Assembly (NCBI GenBank): GCA_040954595.2
Contig: CM082582.2
Coordinates: forward strand, 10,159,483 to 10,223,482
Direction of reading: 5' to 3'
Origin: Balanoglossus misakiensis
Lineage: Eukaryota > Animalia > Hemichordata
Length of the DNA stretch: 64,000 bases
A model generated the notes under the pieces. That model was not told the origin of the DNA. It was given only the letters and a program-made list of their open reading frames with translations, and ran no database searches. The position numbers were made by a program, and so were the translations under genes. Shown here piece after piece: positions 1-11,166 of this stretch (position 1 is the first letter of the stretch; every line of letters starts with the position of its first letter).

Positions 1-745
1 TTTTGAGACAGGAGAGTATGGACATAGGGGTGTAGTCTGACAATATTGTTGTAGAGACTAAAGGCTATTAATATGCTGGTGAGAAAAGTACTCTTATCCA
101 AGGTTGTCAAAATACTTGTCGGTCAGCTTGGTATTATACCAGGTAACTCATGAGTGATTCCGTGCCAATTATTCTGATATTCGGGTGTTCCGTTCCAACT
201 ATTCAGAGAGCTGGTATTAGTGTATGTCTTTCACTGATTGATAAAGGAAAATGTGAACAATGATTCAAAACAATGAGACAACTTGTGAGTGGAAAGCTAT
301 GGTTTGAAGTCTTTGGAGAACAAAACTGCTTCGGGGGGGGGGGGGGGGGGGGAGACGTCTGGACAACCGAAAATAGAATCAAAAGGAAATGACCCTATTG
401 GATCTTGATATGAACGTGGGCTTTGTTGCAGCGCTATGCTCTTGTATTCAACTCTGAAAGAAACTGGTGTGGGCATGTCTGAGAGAAAATGACCTGAAGC
501 CCGCTGGCTCATTGAAAAATAGAAATTGGCAATGTATGGATGAATACAAGTCTGTGCAAGTATGAGTTTGAAAGTATTGTTTGGTATGTATAAAGATAGG
601 TCCATCTTTACCAAAGAATTTAACAATTGATTTTGCCCAAACCATGGTAATGCAAGGATTTAACATTAGGGTAGAAGACATGCCAAAATAATTGGAGCAG
701 CAACTGGGTCAGAATGCACTGAATGCTCCAAATTCTTCACAATAC

Positions 746-2592
746 CTCTGACTGTGACAGATTCCTGCAGGTCATGGAAGCCATCTGCCGGATAGGTGCC
801 GGGATATATCAAGACGGTGTCTCCGTCATGGCAGTTGTTGAGTGCGGGTTGGGGACTCTCATATTCCTTGATCACAGTGTCCCCGGGCAGGTCCTGTTGA
901 ACAGAGAATGGGAATTCATGCGACTGGGAGGTCAAGGGGAAACGGGTGACAGTCTGATTATAGAATCTGGCATGATTCTCTCAAGACAAACAGATCAGGG
1001 CAGAAATCAGATTTGTATCAAATATAGCATGGCTTTTCAGAGAAAACCAAATAAGGCCTAGTAACAAGCTGATTTGGATTAGTATAGGTGCTAGATTCCA
1101 ACCGATTCCAACAGAATGATATCAAAAGAGGTCCCAAAGTCCAGGTTTATTTTTTGCTATGTCAACAGACTTAATAAGATGCCATTGATTTGAGGAAGGG
1201 CAAGTAAACTTAAGACATATGATGATACCTAGTCATAAACAATAAGCTAGTGCCTACCTGTACCATCTTGACAGTGAGTCTCTGTGCTACTATGTGTGTG
1301 ATGATAGTGCCGTCTTTTCTTTGTCCCTTGGGTAGACCAGGAATAGTTCCACTGAATGAATCATGGTGGCTCATCATCAGTCTTGTCAAGAAAACAGGGA
1401 AAGGAGGAGGAAATCAGCAAATGAATATCAAACTATTACATTTTGTACTACTGTTGAACTTTTCCAATCCAAGTTCATGTAGCAGTAGCATGTAAATTGC
1501 CATAAAATTCACAGGAAGCCCACCCCCCCCCCCTTCCCACCAGTGTTTCCACCAAATGACCAACCTCATCATAGGATTTTCCATCATTTCGAGCGACCGC
1601 TGCAGGACTTTCAGCTCTTGATACTTCTGCGTCAGTAAAATGACGCACGTTTCATCCATGTCGACTTCCGAGTCGCTGCCTTCCACCAGTTTCCTCATGG
1701 CCGTCAGTTCGTCGTATTTTGTCTTGTACTCCGCAAGAGTGCTTGTGTATTTCTTCACAGTCTCCGTCGCCAGCGTTCCGTCTGAGATGTCATAGTACCT
1801 AGTTTCAGACATTAAGTTCTTAAAATCTAGTTCATTAAAGATGCACCGTGTTAGATGCTATAAGAAGGTAAATATACTGAAAAGAGCCCTGAGATTTACT
1901 GACAAACAAGTCTCAGTGAACTCGAGTTTGAAACTAAAATTCTGAAAGAGCCCTCTAAGACATTACAGCTATTACAGTTCCCTGAGCATGGAGGAAGCTA
2001 CACACTTACAGTTTAAGTCTTGCTTCTAAATGCCTTTCAACAAAGAAGTAGTCATCTTCGTCCTCCTCATCCCATCCTCTCCAAATGTGGTCGAAAAAAA
2101 ATCTAGAAGAGAATAAGGATAAGCATGGGGCCTAGGTTTGGTTCAATAAACAGTGTTTGTGGTTTATAGAAGACTATCCTAATGAAATCACTCACCTTAG
2201 GTGTTCAATGGCTAGTGCAGTCTTATCAAGGAGTCCGCTTTCATCATAAACTGGATAAAGCTCTTGCAGAGGAATGAGATTATTCTCTTCCAAGAGGAAT
2301 TTCATCACATCTTCCACTGTGATGCTCTCTGGATTACACTGGAATGGTTCTACAACTCTCACATCAGCTTTGAATCCATAGGCTCTCACATCCATCACCT
2401 AGAGTGGAAATAAACATTACACCTTTTACATGTAAATAAAAAAGTGTATGAGGATGATATATATTTCATTCAAAGAAAATTCTTCTCTGCAAATGTCATC
2501 TTCATCTTTGACATCATCTGACATCAACATCTCATCATCATCATCACCACCATCACCATGACCACCACCACCACCACCACCATCATCATCAC

Positions 2593-2679
<87 letters not shown>

Positions 2680-3030
2680 ATGCTGTGGTGCCATACAAGT
2701 TGTTGGTTGTTTTTATAAAACAGTTTGTAAATGTACCTCGACTAACACATCCCCATCTAACTTGTCCGAACGCCAAACACCTTGCCAACCAACGGGCTCG
2801 ATTTCTCCTTCGATGTATTCCCTAAAAGCGGGCACTATTTCGCCTGGTGTCCTTAGGTCCAAAATCCTGTCGTTGTACGCCGAGAAGCGGTCTTCGTAAG
2901 CTAGTTCGCTTGTTTCAAAGACGTCCGGAAGTCGGCCCTTTCCTCCATCGATCTCATGGTGTGGTTGCTGGGAGACCGAAGAGTTTGTCAGTTGCATTTC
3001 TTCATCATTTTGATGACCGTCAATTTCCAT
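746..3030 (-). CDS. SHCBP1: SHC SH2-domain-binding protein 1 (SHCBP1/Nessun dorma family), first six coding exons; gene continues beyond the left edge
   Basis: Phase-consistent GT-AG exons 3030-2737, 2398-2196, 2102-2010, 1798-1565, 1381-1258, 893-746. They give ...EPVGWQGVWRS...VRVVEPF...IPLQELYPVYDESG..DKTALAIEHLRFFFDHIWRGWDEEDEDDY..RHLEARLKLYYDI...MENPMMR...ITHIVAQ...ALNNCHDGDTVLIYPGTY, matching conserved SHCBP1 blocks. The C-terminal beta-helix exons were not found in 1-745. Confidence 0.9.
2531..2678. repeat. (TCA)n/(CCA)n trinucleotide microsatellite in SHCBP1 intron 1
   Basis: Long run of tcatca... preceded by ccacca...; explains the poly-D and poly-I ORFs. Confidence 0.97.
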
Positions 3031-3183
3031 CTCTACCAGTAAAAGTTATCTCAAGTAGATTTATAAGGGAGATTTCTTGATGCTGCTACCGTGCAGTTAT
3101 TGGCGTAAAACTTTTCAAGATTGATAATTATGGAGACAGAACGAGAAATCTTCCGGATCAGTGCGATGTTGATTTCTTGTCTG

Positions 3184-3225
3184 TTCAAAATGGCCGCCTT
3201 TTTTCCAAATATTCCATTGGCTGAT
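3184..3225 (-). promoter_or_regulatory. SHCBP1 promoter: CCAAT box plus CDE/CHR tandem
   Basis: Minus strand reads ATCAGCCAATGG (NF-Y box), then GGCGG-ccat-TTTGAA (CDE, 4-nt spacer, CHR), about 155 bp upstream of the ATG. Confidence 0.65.
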
Positions 3226-6200
3226 CTCTAAATGTCACCCAGAAAAAAAGGTGGGGTTACAACCTGAGACTATACCAATCGATCATGGGGATGAAGACCA
3301 TTTCATAGAAATTTTCGTGGTCGAGGTGGAAGCTGTCAATGATGACAAGTTACAATATATACAAAATTACTTGAGATTTAATAATATCAAGAACAGAAAT
3401 AGGATACAAGGCTTGACAGTCACAAAAAAACTCTACATGGCTCACACGAAGAGCCACACCTATATTCTACTCGCACATTAAAAATTTATACCCAGGCACG
3501 TAAAACGTCCCGCCCACTGGGTTGTGGTTGGACTTTCCTTTTGACAGACTCAAAGTCTGTTTTCTGATTGATTGCCAGGCCGCAGTATACTGGTATAAAG
3601 TCCCCTTTCGTCGTTTGTTTAAAATGGAAATGACGTCATTATCTAAAAATAATACATGATGTCATTTTCTAAAACTGTACAGTGACGTCATTTTATGTTA
3701 ATGTCACCCAGGCGCAAGCCCAGTGCAGTGTATGTGTAAATGTGGAAGTAATGTAATTATCACATTATGCTTAATAACATGAAAGTAAAAAAACATTGCA
3801 AAATCGAACGAGATCTAGAGAAATGGGAAGTGTTGCGTGACAATGAAGCCACGTCTTATGTTTTGAAGGAACTGATATTTCCCGACAAACATATCCTATC
3901 TTGGAAAAGCATGAATATTGATTCCACACATTGTATAATTTTACTGTCTGCGATACCCGTCACTGAGAGAGATTCCAGACTGACTATACTGTCACGTTTG
4001 CGTAGAAAAACATACCACCAAGATCGCGTTGTCTGTCTATCATTCACACAGAATCATATTGCAAATTGCAGATGGCTGACATGCGGTTATACTATAAAAT
4101 ATAAACCCAGAACGCAATCGCACGAAAGTGATGCTTGAGCGAATGTTTTAATATTTAATGCACAGGTGTCTGGTCCTGGTGAAAAAAACCAAGGTAGACT
4201 CGAATTAGTATTACTGTCACGTTTTTCTGTGTAATGTCTTTGCATCTCGTTGTACACGCAATCACAGACGTACGATGAAATCCAAACTCAACCGTTATAT
4301 AAATCGTGCAGGGCTAATATGACAAATATCGAAACGATCGCTTTGATTCGATCCGGGGATAAAGCCATTGTAGAAAATTAATTCCGTCTTTTTTATCAGA
4401 GTATACATATGTATCTATCGCCATAGCTACCATATCTTCAGCAAGCAAGATTTACACGCACATCTTGATATCCGCCTCACCGTATGTCACCTTTCATAGG
4501 GTTTAATTCAGTGTCAGTTGCGGACTTTAACCTATGAGTGTGAGATTGCTTGCACTGTATGTCGCATATATACGACATACACGAAGTGTGTAGTGTAGAT
4601 TCTAACACTGTATGTGTGTCTGTGTGTCTGACTGTCTGTCTGTCCAGGTAATAAAATAGTATATTAGGGGGCACGACTCAAAAGTATGTGGACATACTAT
4701 AAAGTGGCTCTTCCCATAAGCATTTAAATTAACGAAAATGGGGTTCTCGTTGGTGACCCGACACTTGCAAAAATGATAAATTTGTTATCATATCTTATCT
4801 CTACTGAAGGGAAGCCATATTGCGCTGTTTCTCCCAACTTATTTCGAGAAAAGAGAAGCGAACGAAATTTCAGCAAAATCTTGCCCTCCCGTTTTCAACC
4901 GAACAGTTTTAAAGCTCGAAAAGAGAAGTCTCATTAAATGTGCAGTCTCATCATGAATCTTGCCGTCTCTAATGTAATGTCACCCTGTCAATTTCATTCA
5001 GATAGATAAGCTTAGGTGAATTATGATGATGACACACTGAGACCTAACCACCAACATTCTGTCTTTCTGACGACCTTCCAGTTGGTCGCGTTTGATGAAC
5101 AATTCAACTTTGTGTCTACACTGTACCTTGTACTGCAGATATCGGTGGATGTTGGTGCACAAATAGTGACACACGGCTCAAACATCCTACCTGATAGCAT
5201 GGAGATTATTAATTGCGCATAATGCAGGGTTTCGTAAAACAAGAACAAATATAATCCGATCGTTCTCGGGAATTAAGTACTCTACTGGTAGACGAAAAAA
5301 ACAACAGATTTAGGTTGATTCACATTCTTTAGCCACCAATATACCCGGCGAATTTATGTGGGTATTGAGAGATGTAGGATTGGTACTCTAAATGCTTTGT
5401 ATTGTCTGGAGAGTGGGAGACAGCGGAATTTTTAGGTGCTTAGCGGTACATCACTAAGGATCACATCCAAAGCAACACTGGTATTTGATCGCTTAAACGG
5501 AACATAATCCGACTTTTTAATGTCCGTTATATTCCGAATTTTTCGGTTTTCTAGTTTGGTCGGAAGTCACCCCGAACAGTTTGGCGGCACTGGGTGAACA
5601 ATCGTCAAAGGAGCCCTTTCATGAAACTTTCAGATTTGTTCTGCATGATCCGCGTGGTTTCCGTTGACAATCGATGCACGAGTGTTCAGGACAGGAGAGT
5701 CCATCATCCATGCATCATGCATGTGTTAACCACGCAGCTATAGGACAGCCATCCACCTGCAGTGCATATGTTACATGACACCTTCGGCTGTTACCGAACA
5801 TGGTTTTCGAATACTCTAATAACTTCACTTCATTTCTCTCCTCTTTACATTGCCCAATTACTGTAATAATCTCACGTATTATTTAGAATCTGGCAAATAG
5901 ACATGGATAGTGGTATTACATGTTTTGCACATAAGTGTGAGAATCAGCGTGATACTGTAATTCAAACTCATATCAAATTGGTGACTGGGGTCCGAGGTCA
6001 CAGAGTGTCTGAGTCTGAGAGACTTTTATCGCATTACACGCTTTTTTATCTACCGATCCGCGACCTGTTCAGTTGTATCGTCTACAAGTATATCAGTTTT
6101 CATAGGCATTTTATATGCGGGTCATCATAAGCTGAACTGCAGCCAGAACTTTCGAGACTGCCATTCAAATTGGAAAAAAAAAAAACTTTTTAATAATATT

Positions 6201-8385
6201 CATTTTTAAGTATTTTAACAGCTTCTAATTGACTTGTCATAACATTTTGGGTTGATTTAGGTTTGTAAACCAAAATATTGTATTTAAAAGTATCGTGTTC
6301 TGCTAAAAGAGTTAACATTATATTTGCTGTATTTTAGTTACTGTAACGGGGTGGGGGGCTATCAATCAACTCAGAAGTGTTTTGAATCTGGACAGCTGTC
6401 TGCAGATTAATCCTGTAGTCAAATGATGTAATCTACGACTGTAATCAGTGTCATGTCCCAGACACAGGTTGTATATTACCATGCTAAATATATTTGCTTG
6501 GTATTTATAACAGAGAATCAGATGAGCCACTACCCAGTCTCTTGTGAAGAAATACTGTCTAAATAACATAGATCGTTTATTTTTGTTAAACCCGTAACAT
6601 TTCAATGAAAGAAAATAAGAGCATCTGTCTAAACACAAATTTAAAATCATCCCTTTTTCAATTTTATTTCCCTCGTGGGACAAGCTGCTGCAAGTATTAA
6701 CATGTGCGACATACTTTTCTAGTGCTATTTTTACATTCACGTTTTATGGCAGGCATATATACGTATGTGCCTGTGTTTATAAAGTTGATCAGATAGTGTG
6801 AGAATGCATGGAATGGACTTAATGAAACTGGCACAGTAATCAGTTCCTCTCCTGAAATACTTGACTACGCATATAAAGTCAACTTTGATCTATACACCCA
6901 CGTTGCCAAAACAAAATCTGCATTGCAGACTAAATTTGGCACAAATGCCCTTTCAACCAGCTTTTGTCCTACTTAAAGTTGGCCAATAAATCACAGCAAA
7001 TGAACCCAGTTTTCTCCTTTCTTTTGTAATTCTGGACAACTGGATTCGCACAAGACACCATATAGAAGTACCTGCACGCATCAACCTTCTGCTATCAAAA
7101 TGTATGATCTCCAATCCAAACACTCCCAAAACTCCACTGAAGTGCCATTTTTGTTTAAATAACCCTTTTTTCACCCTTACTGTCATATACATGTATTACA
7201 GTAAAACAAGAATGTTTTATTTTCAGTTTACTAAAGATCCTTGTCAGAAGTTAAGTGTGGACTTTTGTCCTCCCAGTAACTGTTCAAGTACCGTGACCTG
7301 CTTTTTTTCCACAGTGGAAATCAATACATATTCAATGTGTTAAATTTATGACTAGATTCACACTCCCCCAACTGACCTATGAGTGACTTCGTATAACAAG
7401 AGCATCATGGGTAACTTCACTAGAGATAGTGGCTATTTTGAGGATGCAGCCTAAAGCCCCCCCCCCCCCCCAAAAAAAAAGATGAAAAAGTGACAAAAAG
7501 TCACAAACTACTGAGGTTACAGAAACACACACGACACAAGCAATTCATTGAATTATTTTTTTTATTGGTCATCCATCAATATTAATCTTGGATGTCATCC
7601 ATGGACAATTTCATCGATACCATATCTAAACCCATGAAAGACACAAGTCCACCCACTAATACAGAAACAGTAGTGGGGGCTGTTATCAAATATTGTGATG
7701 TAAAAGTTAACACACAAAAAAACCAATGCATTTTTCTCTTAAACTGAAAACTGTAAATATTGATTGCACATGTACCCTTGAGAGTCACCTCCTGATGTCT
7801 GATTTTCATACATACTACATGTAGTACATCAAATGCAGTTTTCCAAAAATGATAAAAAAATATGAGTCCCTGCTAGAAGGTAGAGAATGAAAGCACAGCC
7901 AATTGTCAACTGGATATTGTATGTGGACTGTGTGAACAGTCACCGCCAGTGAAAATGCCATAATGTCATTTTAATGTCAATACAGTAAAAGTGCTGAGGT
8001 AGGTGAAGACTTTGTACGTGCCAACAAAAAAGCACAATAGTGGTCCACAATACATTAGCACAGTGGTAATGTTACATAACTGATTGATGGCCCCTTCTTT
8101 TTACTGTGTGACCTTAACTGATGGAATCAGCAATTTCCCAGCACGAACTGTCTAGACATCTGTGGGTATTGAAAAGAAGGGGTATAGGTGACATTTTGTG
8201 CCGTTGTGGAAATGCAATGCCCTGCCAAACGCTACTACAATTGGGTACAAAACCCAAATTTTCAGTGCTGTGCAGTTTCACTCATTGGTAGTGGTAGTCA
8301 ATCTCATGAGGATACCCTCTTAATCTCACAATTACATCAAACTGTAGTTTTTTTCTGGTTCGACTTAAACTTCATGTTTGGAGAC

Positions 8386-9093
8386 CTACAACTTGCTCTC
8401 TAATTTTTGGACAGAATATCGAGTCAACATATTTTGGTACCATTTCAAAAGTATAAACGGCGGGTCCTCTGAATTATAATCCAAATCCAATGGGAATGGC
8501 GGCGGTCTGTCAAATACAATGTTTGCTACGATGATGCATATGAATGCTGTGATCCCAAACGGACGAAAAGTCATGTTGTTTTCTGTGTATGTAAAGGTAT
8601 GGACGTATATATTTCTTCCGGCAAACTCTACTTCAGTACCAGTGTGGTTTTCGCTGGATAAGAAGTCCAGCAGAGGCATACTGAACACTTCGTCCACCTC
8701 GTGCTCATTCGGCACGGGCGCAAAGTCGTCCTTGATGAAGCCGACAAACGGCGTCACTAGAGCTTCGATGCGGGTCATGAACGGCACCCCCTGCGCGACC
8801 ACGTCCACTTTCTCTCGCGGCAGACCGATCTCCTCCCAGGATTCGCGCAGGGCGGTGTCCAGCAGCGTAGCATCCTCCTCGTCTTTCCGGCCGCCGGGGA
8901 ACGCAACTTCGCCGCTGTGAGTTCGAAGCTTACTGGACCGCACGGTCAAGAGCACGCGCAGTTCTCCGTCTCTGAAAAACAGGGGGACCAATACGGCCGC
9001 CTGTGGCATCGGAGGAGGTTCGCCATACACGTCCGCGATATTCGGCATGTCGAACTTTTTCAGTCGCTGCGTAACTTCCTCCTTAGACAACAT
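8386..9093 (-). CDS. NUDT7: Peroxisomal CoA diphosphatase NUDT7 (Nudix hydrolase), 235 aa, single coding exon
   Basis: AAVLVPL, CoA-binding motif LLTVRSSKLRTHSGEVAFPGG, Nudix box GGRKDEEDATLLDTALRESWEEIG, NEHEVDEVFSMPL, FGITAFI and C-terminal PTS1 SKL. ATG at 9093 follows a polypyrimidine/AG acceptor at 9117-9118; the ORF track's longer start is intronic. AATAAA on the minus strand at 7561-7566. Confidence 0.9.
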   Translation of the reverse strand: MLSKEEVTQRLKKFDMPNIADVYGEPPPMPQAAVLVPLFFRDGELRVLLTVRSSKLRTHSGEVAFPGGRKDEEDATLLDTALRESWEEIGLPREKVDVVAQGVPFMTRIEALVTPFVGFIKDDFAPVPNEHEVDEVFSMPLLDFLSSENHTGTEVEFAGRNIYVHTFTYTENNMTFRPFGITAFICIIVANIVFDRPPPFPLDLDYNSEDPPFILLKWYQNMLTRYSVQKLESKL

Positions 9094-11166
9094 CTTCAAC
9101 TGTTGCTGGTTTGGGTCTGGGAGGAAAACAAAAGAGAGAGGTGAAACACACAACAATAAATAGTCTTGGGAGGACCATTATTGGGAGGCTCTTTAATCAT
9201 TAACCCTGCAAATCTTAGACTGATATCTCCAAATTGAGAATCTGGCTCTGAAGGAATTTTCATCTCATTTTCAGAATGCATGTCCAGATGACATACATCC
9301 ACACATTCTTGTTAAAAAATGTGAATGAATTTCGTCAGTGACAGTAAAAGTGATTGGTGTTATATTATATCCCTGTACTAAAAATAAAAATTCTTGGCAT
9401 GCCACTGACTTTTCCTCTCTAGAATGGATATCAAAGGAGAATGCAACTAGATATGATACCTAGTTGTATATCCTTGTACAAAAAGGGGAATTCTCAGAGG
9501 AAGTGACAATATGCGCTGTTGTCCACATATCACTTTATGTTAATAGATCTCAGCTTTTCCAATTTCTGAAACGGGTATGTGACTGAGCAGGCCAGACATG
9601 GCCACAGAGCCCCTTTATGTGTGTGTATTTGTGTATTCAAAGGAAATGAGAACCAATGTCTTCCATGAAACCTCTGTTGGGAATTTCAAAAGGAAGGATA
9701 TTGGGAGGTTCTTGTTTTTGTTTATCAGGATAATGAGCATGGGGCATTCCTGAGCCACACACCCATATTAGAAAGACAGGAAATTCACACAATCTCTGTC
9801 TTTGTGCACATTGTCCGAGCATCAATATTGCTTCCAAAAATCACCTGCCACATCTTTTTGAATATTTAATGTCAAAATACAGCATCTAGATGTGATATTA
9901 GCAGTGTAAAAATATATTCTGCTGAAATGTTCAGACTGACTCTCTGTCAAAAGGGAAACCACAGTGATTCTGTCTCCAAGAAAGGAGGAGTGAAATACAA
10001 CCAAGTGCCAATTTTTGAAGGAAAAAAAGTCACAAATTGTGAATGTAAACGCCCACTCTTTATTTTTACCAGGAAACGATACTCTGAAAATGGGAAAATT
10101 CCACAGAACTTCCTTACATGGATGACCTACAAATTTAACTCTGTTTACAAACAATAGCCACACATAAACATGTCTGAGAGAGGATAAATGTGGCTACATT
10201 ACCTCAACATCATGAGGGCTTGACAGACACTGACACAGCAGTGTCATACTATAGTACGAATAAAGACTTTTCGTTTTATTTACAATCGCGCATGGTGTTT
10301 TTTTTATGTGTGTGTGTGTTTTGTACGTGTGCATAGGGCTTCGCTGTTGTTGATTTCAGGGCCTGTGCTTTGCTCTTGACGGAGTAGAGGGGCGTGTCTT
10401 TACATATCGCATGTTGGTTATAATGTTGTCGGCACAAATCGGCTCCCTTCTACCGTCATGACCCATTCTAGTTCACAAGCAGCGATCAAGCATGGATCGA
10501 AGCTTTCCGTGTTTTGTAATGTTTGACTATTAATATGATTACTTCCCAACACCAAAATAGCCGGCGAAGTCACTAATCTATTGAAAATGAAATTTACATG
10601 GCTGATGGGGCCCGAGCAAGGCACGATCCTTCAAGTTTCAATGATCCCAAGTTTTGTGGTTGAATAGCGACTATTGCATGTGAAAGCTGGGCTAACACTA
10701 GCTTTACCTACCTTCACACAAAATGTTAATATTTGTATATGTAGTGGAACTTCCAATTTTTGTCATGTATATTTCAGGCTCAGTCTTGTATATTACCTGT
10801 CTGCATAAATAACTAAATTATTATAATGAGATGACCACGTGAGCGACGCGGTGGCATTACATTTTATGTATAATTTTCCGAAAACGTCCGAGCAAAGCCG
10901 AATCCTTAATTTGTTGTGTAACGCGCATGTGTAGTCGATAAACTGGGGGCTTGACCTCCCAATGTCCAATCACACACGAGAATCAAGATGACGTTTTGAG
11001 ATCCACCTATTTTCATTCGTTGGCAAGTATTATCCCTTCAGTTTGGCGCCGACCGTTGATGGTTGAGTTTCCGGTAAAGCGTTGCTGAAAAATTACAGAA
11101 TTTTTTTCCGATTTTGTCATAGAATTATTGAAATTAGGTTTAATCAGCAAGAACTCATCCTAAAAA

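Noticed and set aside
333-352. Poly-G run, with other G/C homopolymers at ~1524, ~7457 and ~32091
   Set aside because: Simple homopolymers scattered in introns and UTRs with no positional pattern.
2426-2899. Poly-Asp and poly-Ile/Thr ORFs
   Set aside because: Translations of the intronic (TCA)n microsatellite.
4481-5250. Exon-like minus-strand segments (4531-4481 and ~5190-5049) between SHCBP1 and NUDT7
   Set aside because: Splice sites are plausible, but the phases do not join into an ORF and no homology is recognisable.
8519-9144. Plus-strand ORFs overlapping NUDT7, and similar shadow ORFs over LRP-like exon 2 and the GPCR
   Set aside because: Antisense or alternate-frame shadows of GC3-rich coding sequence.
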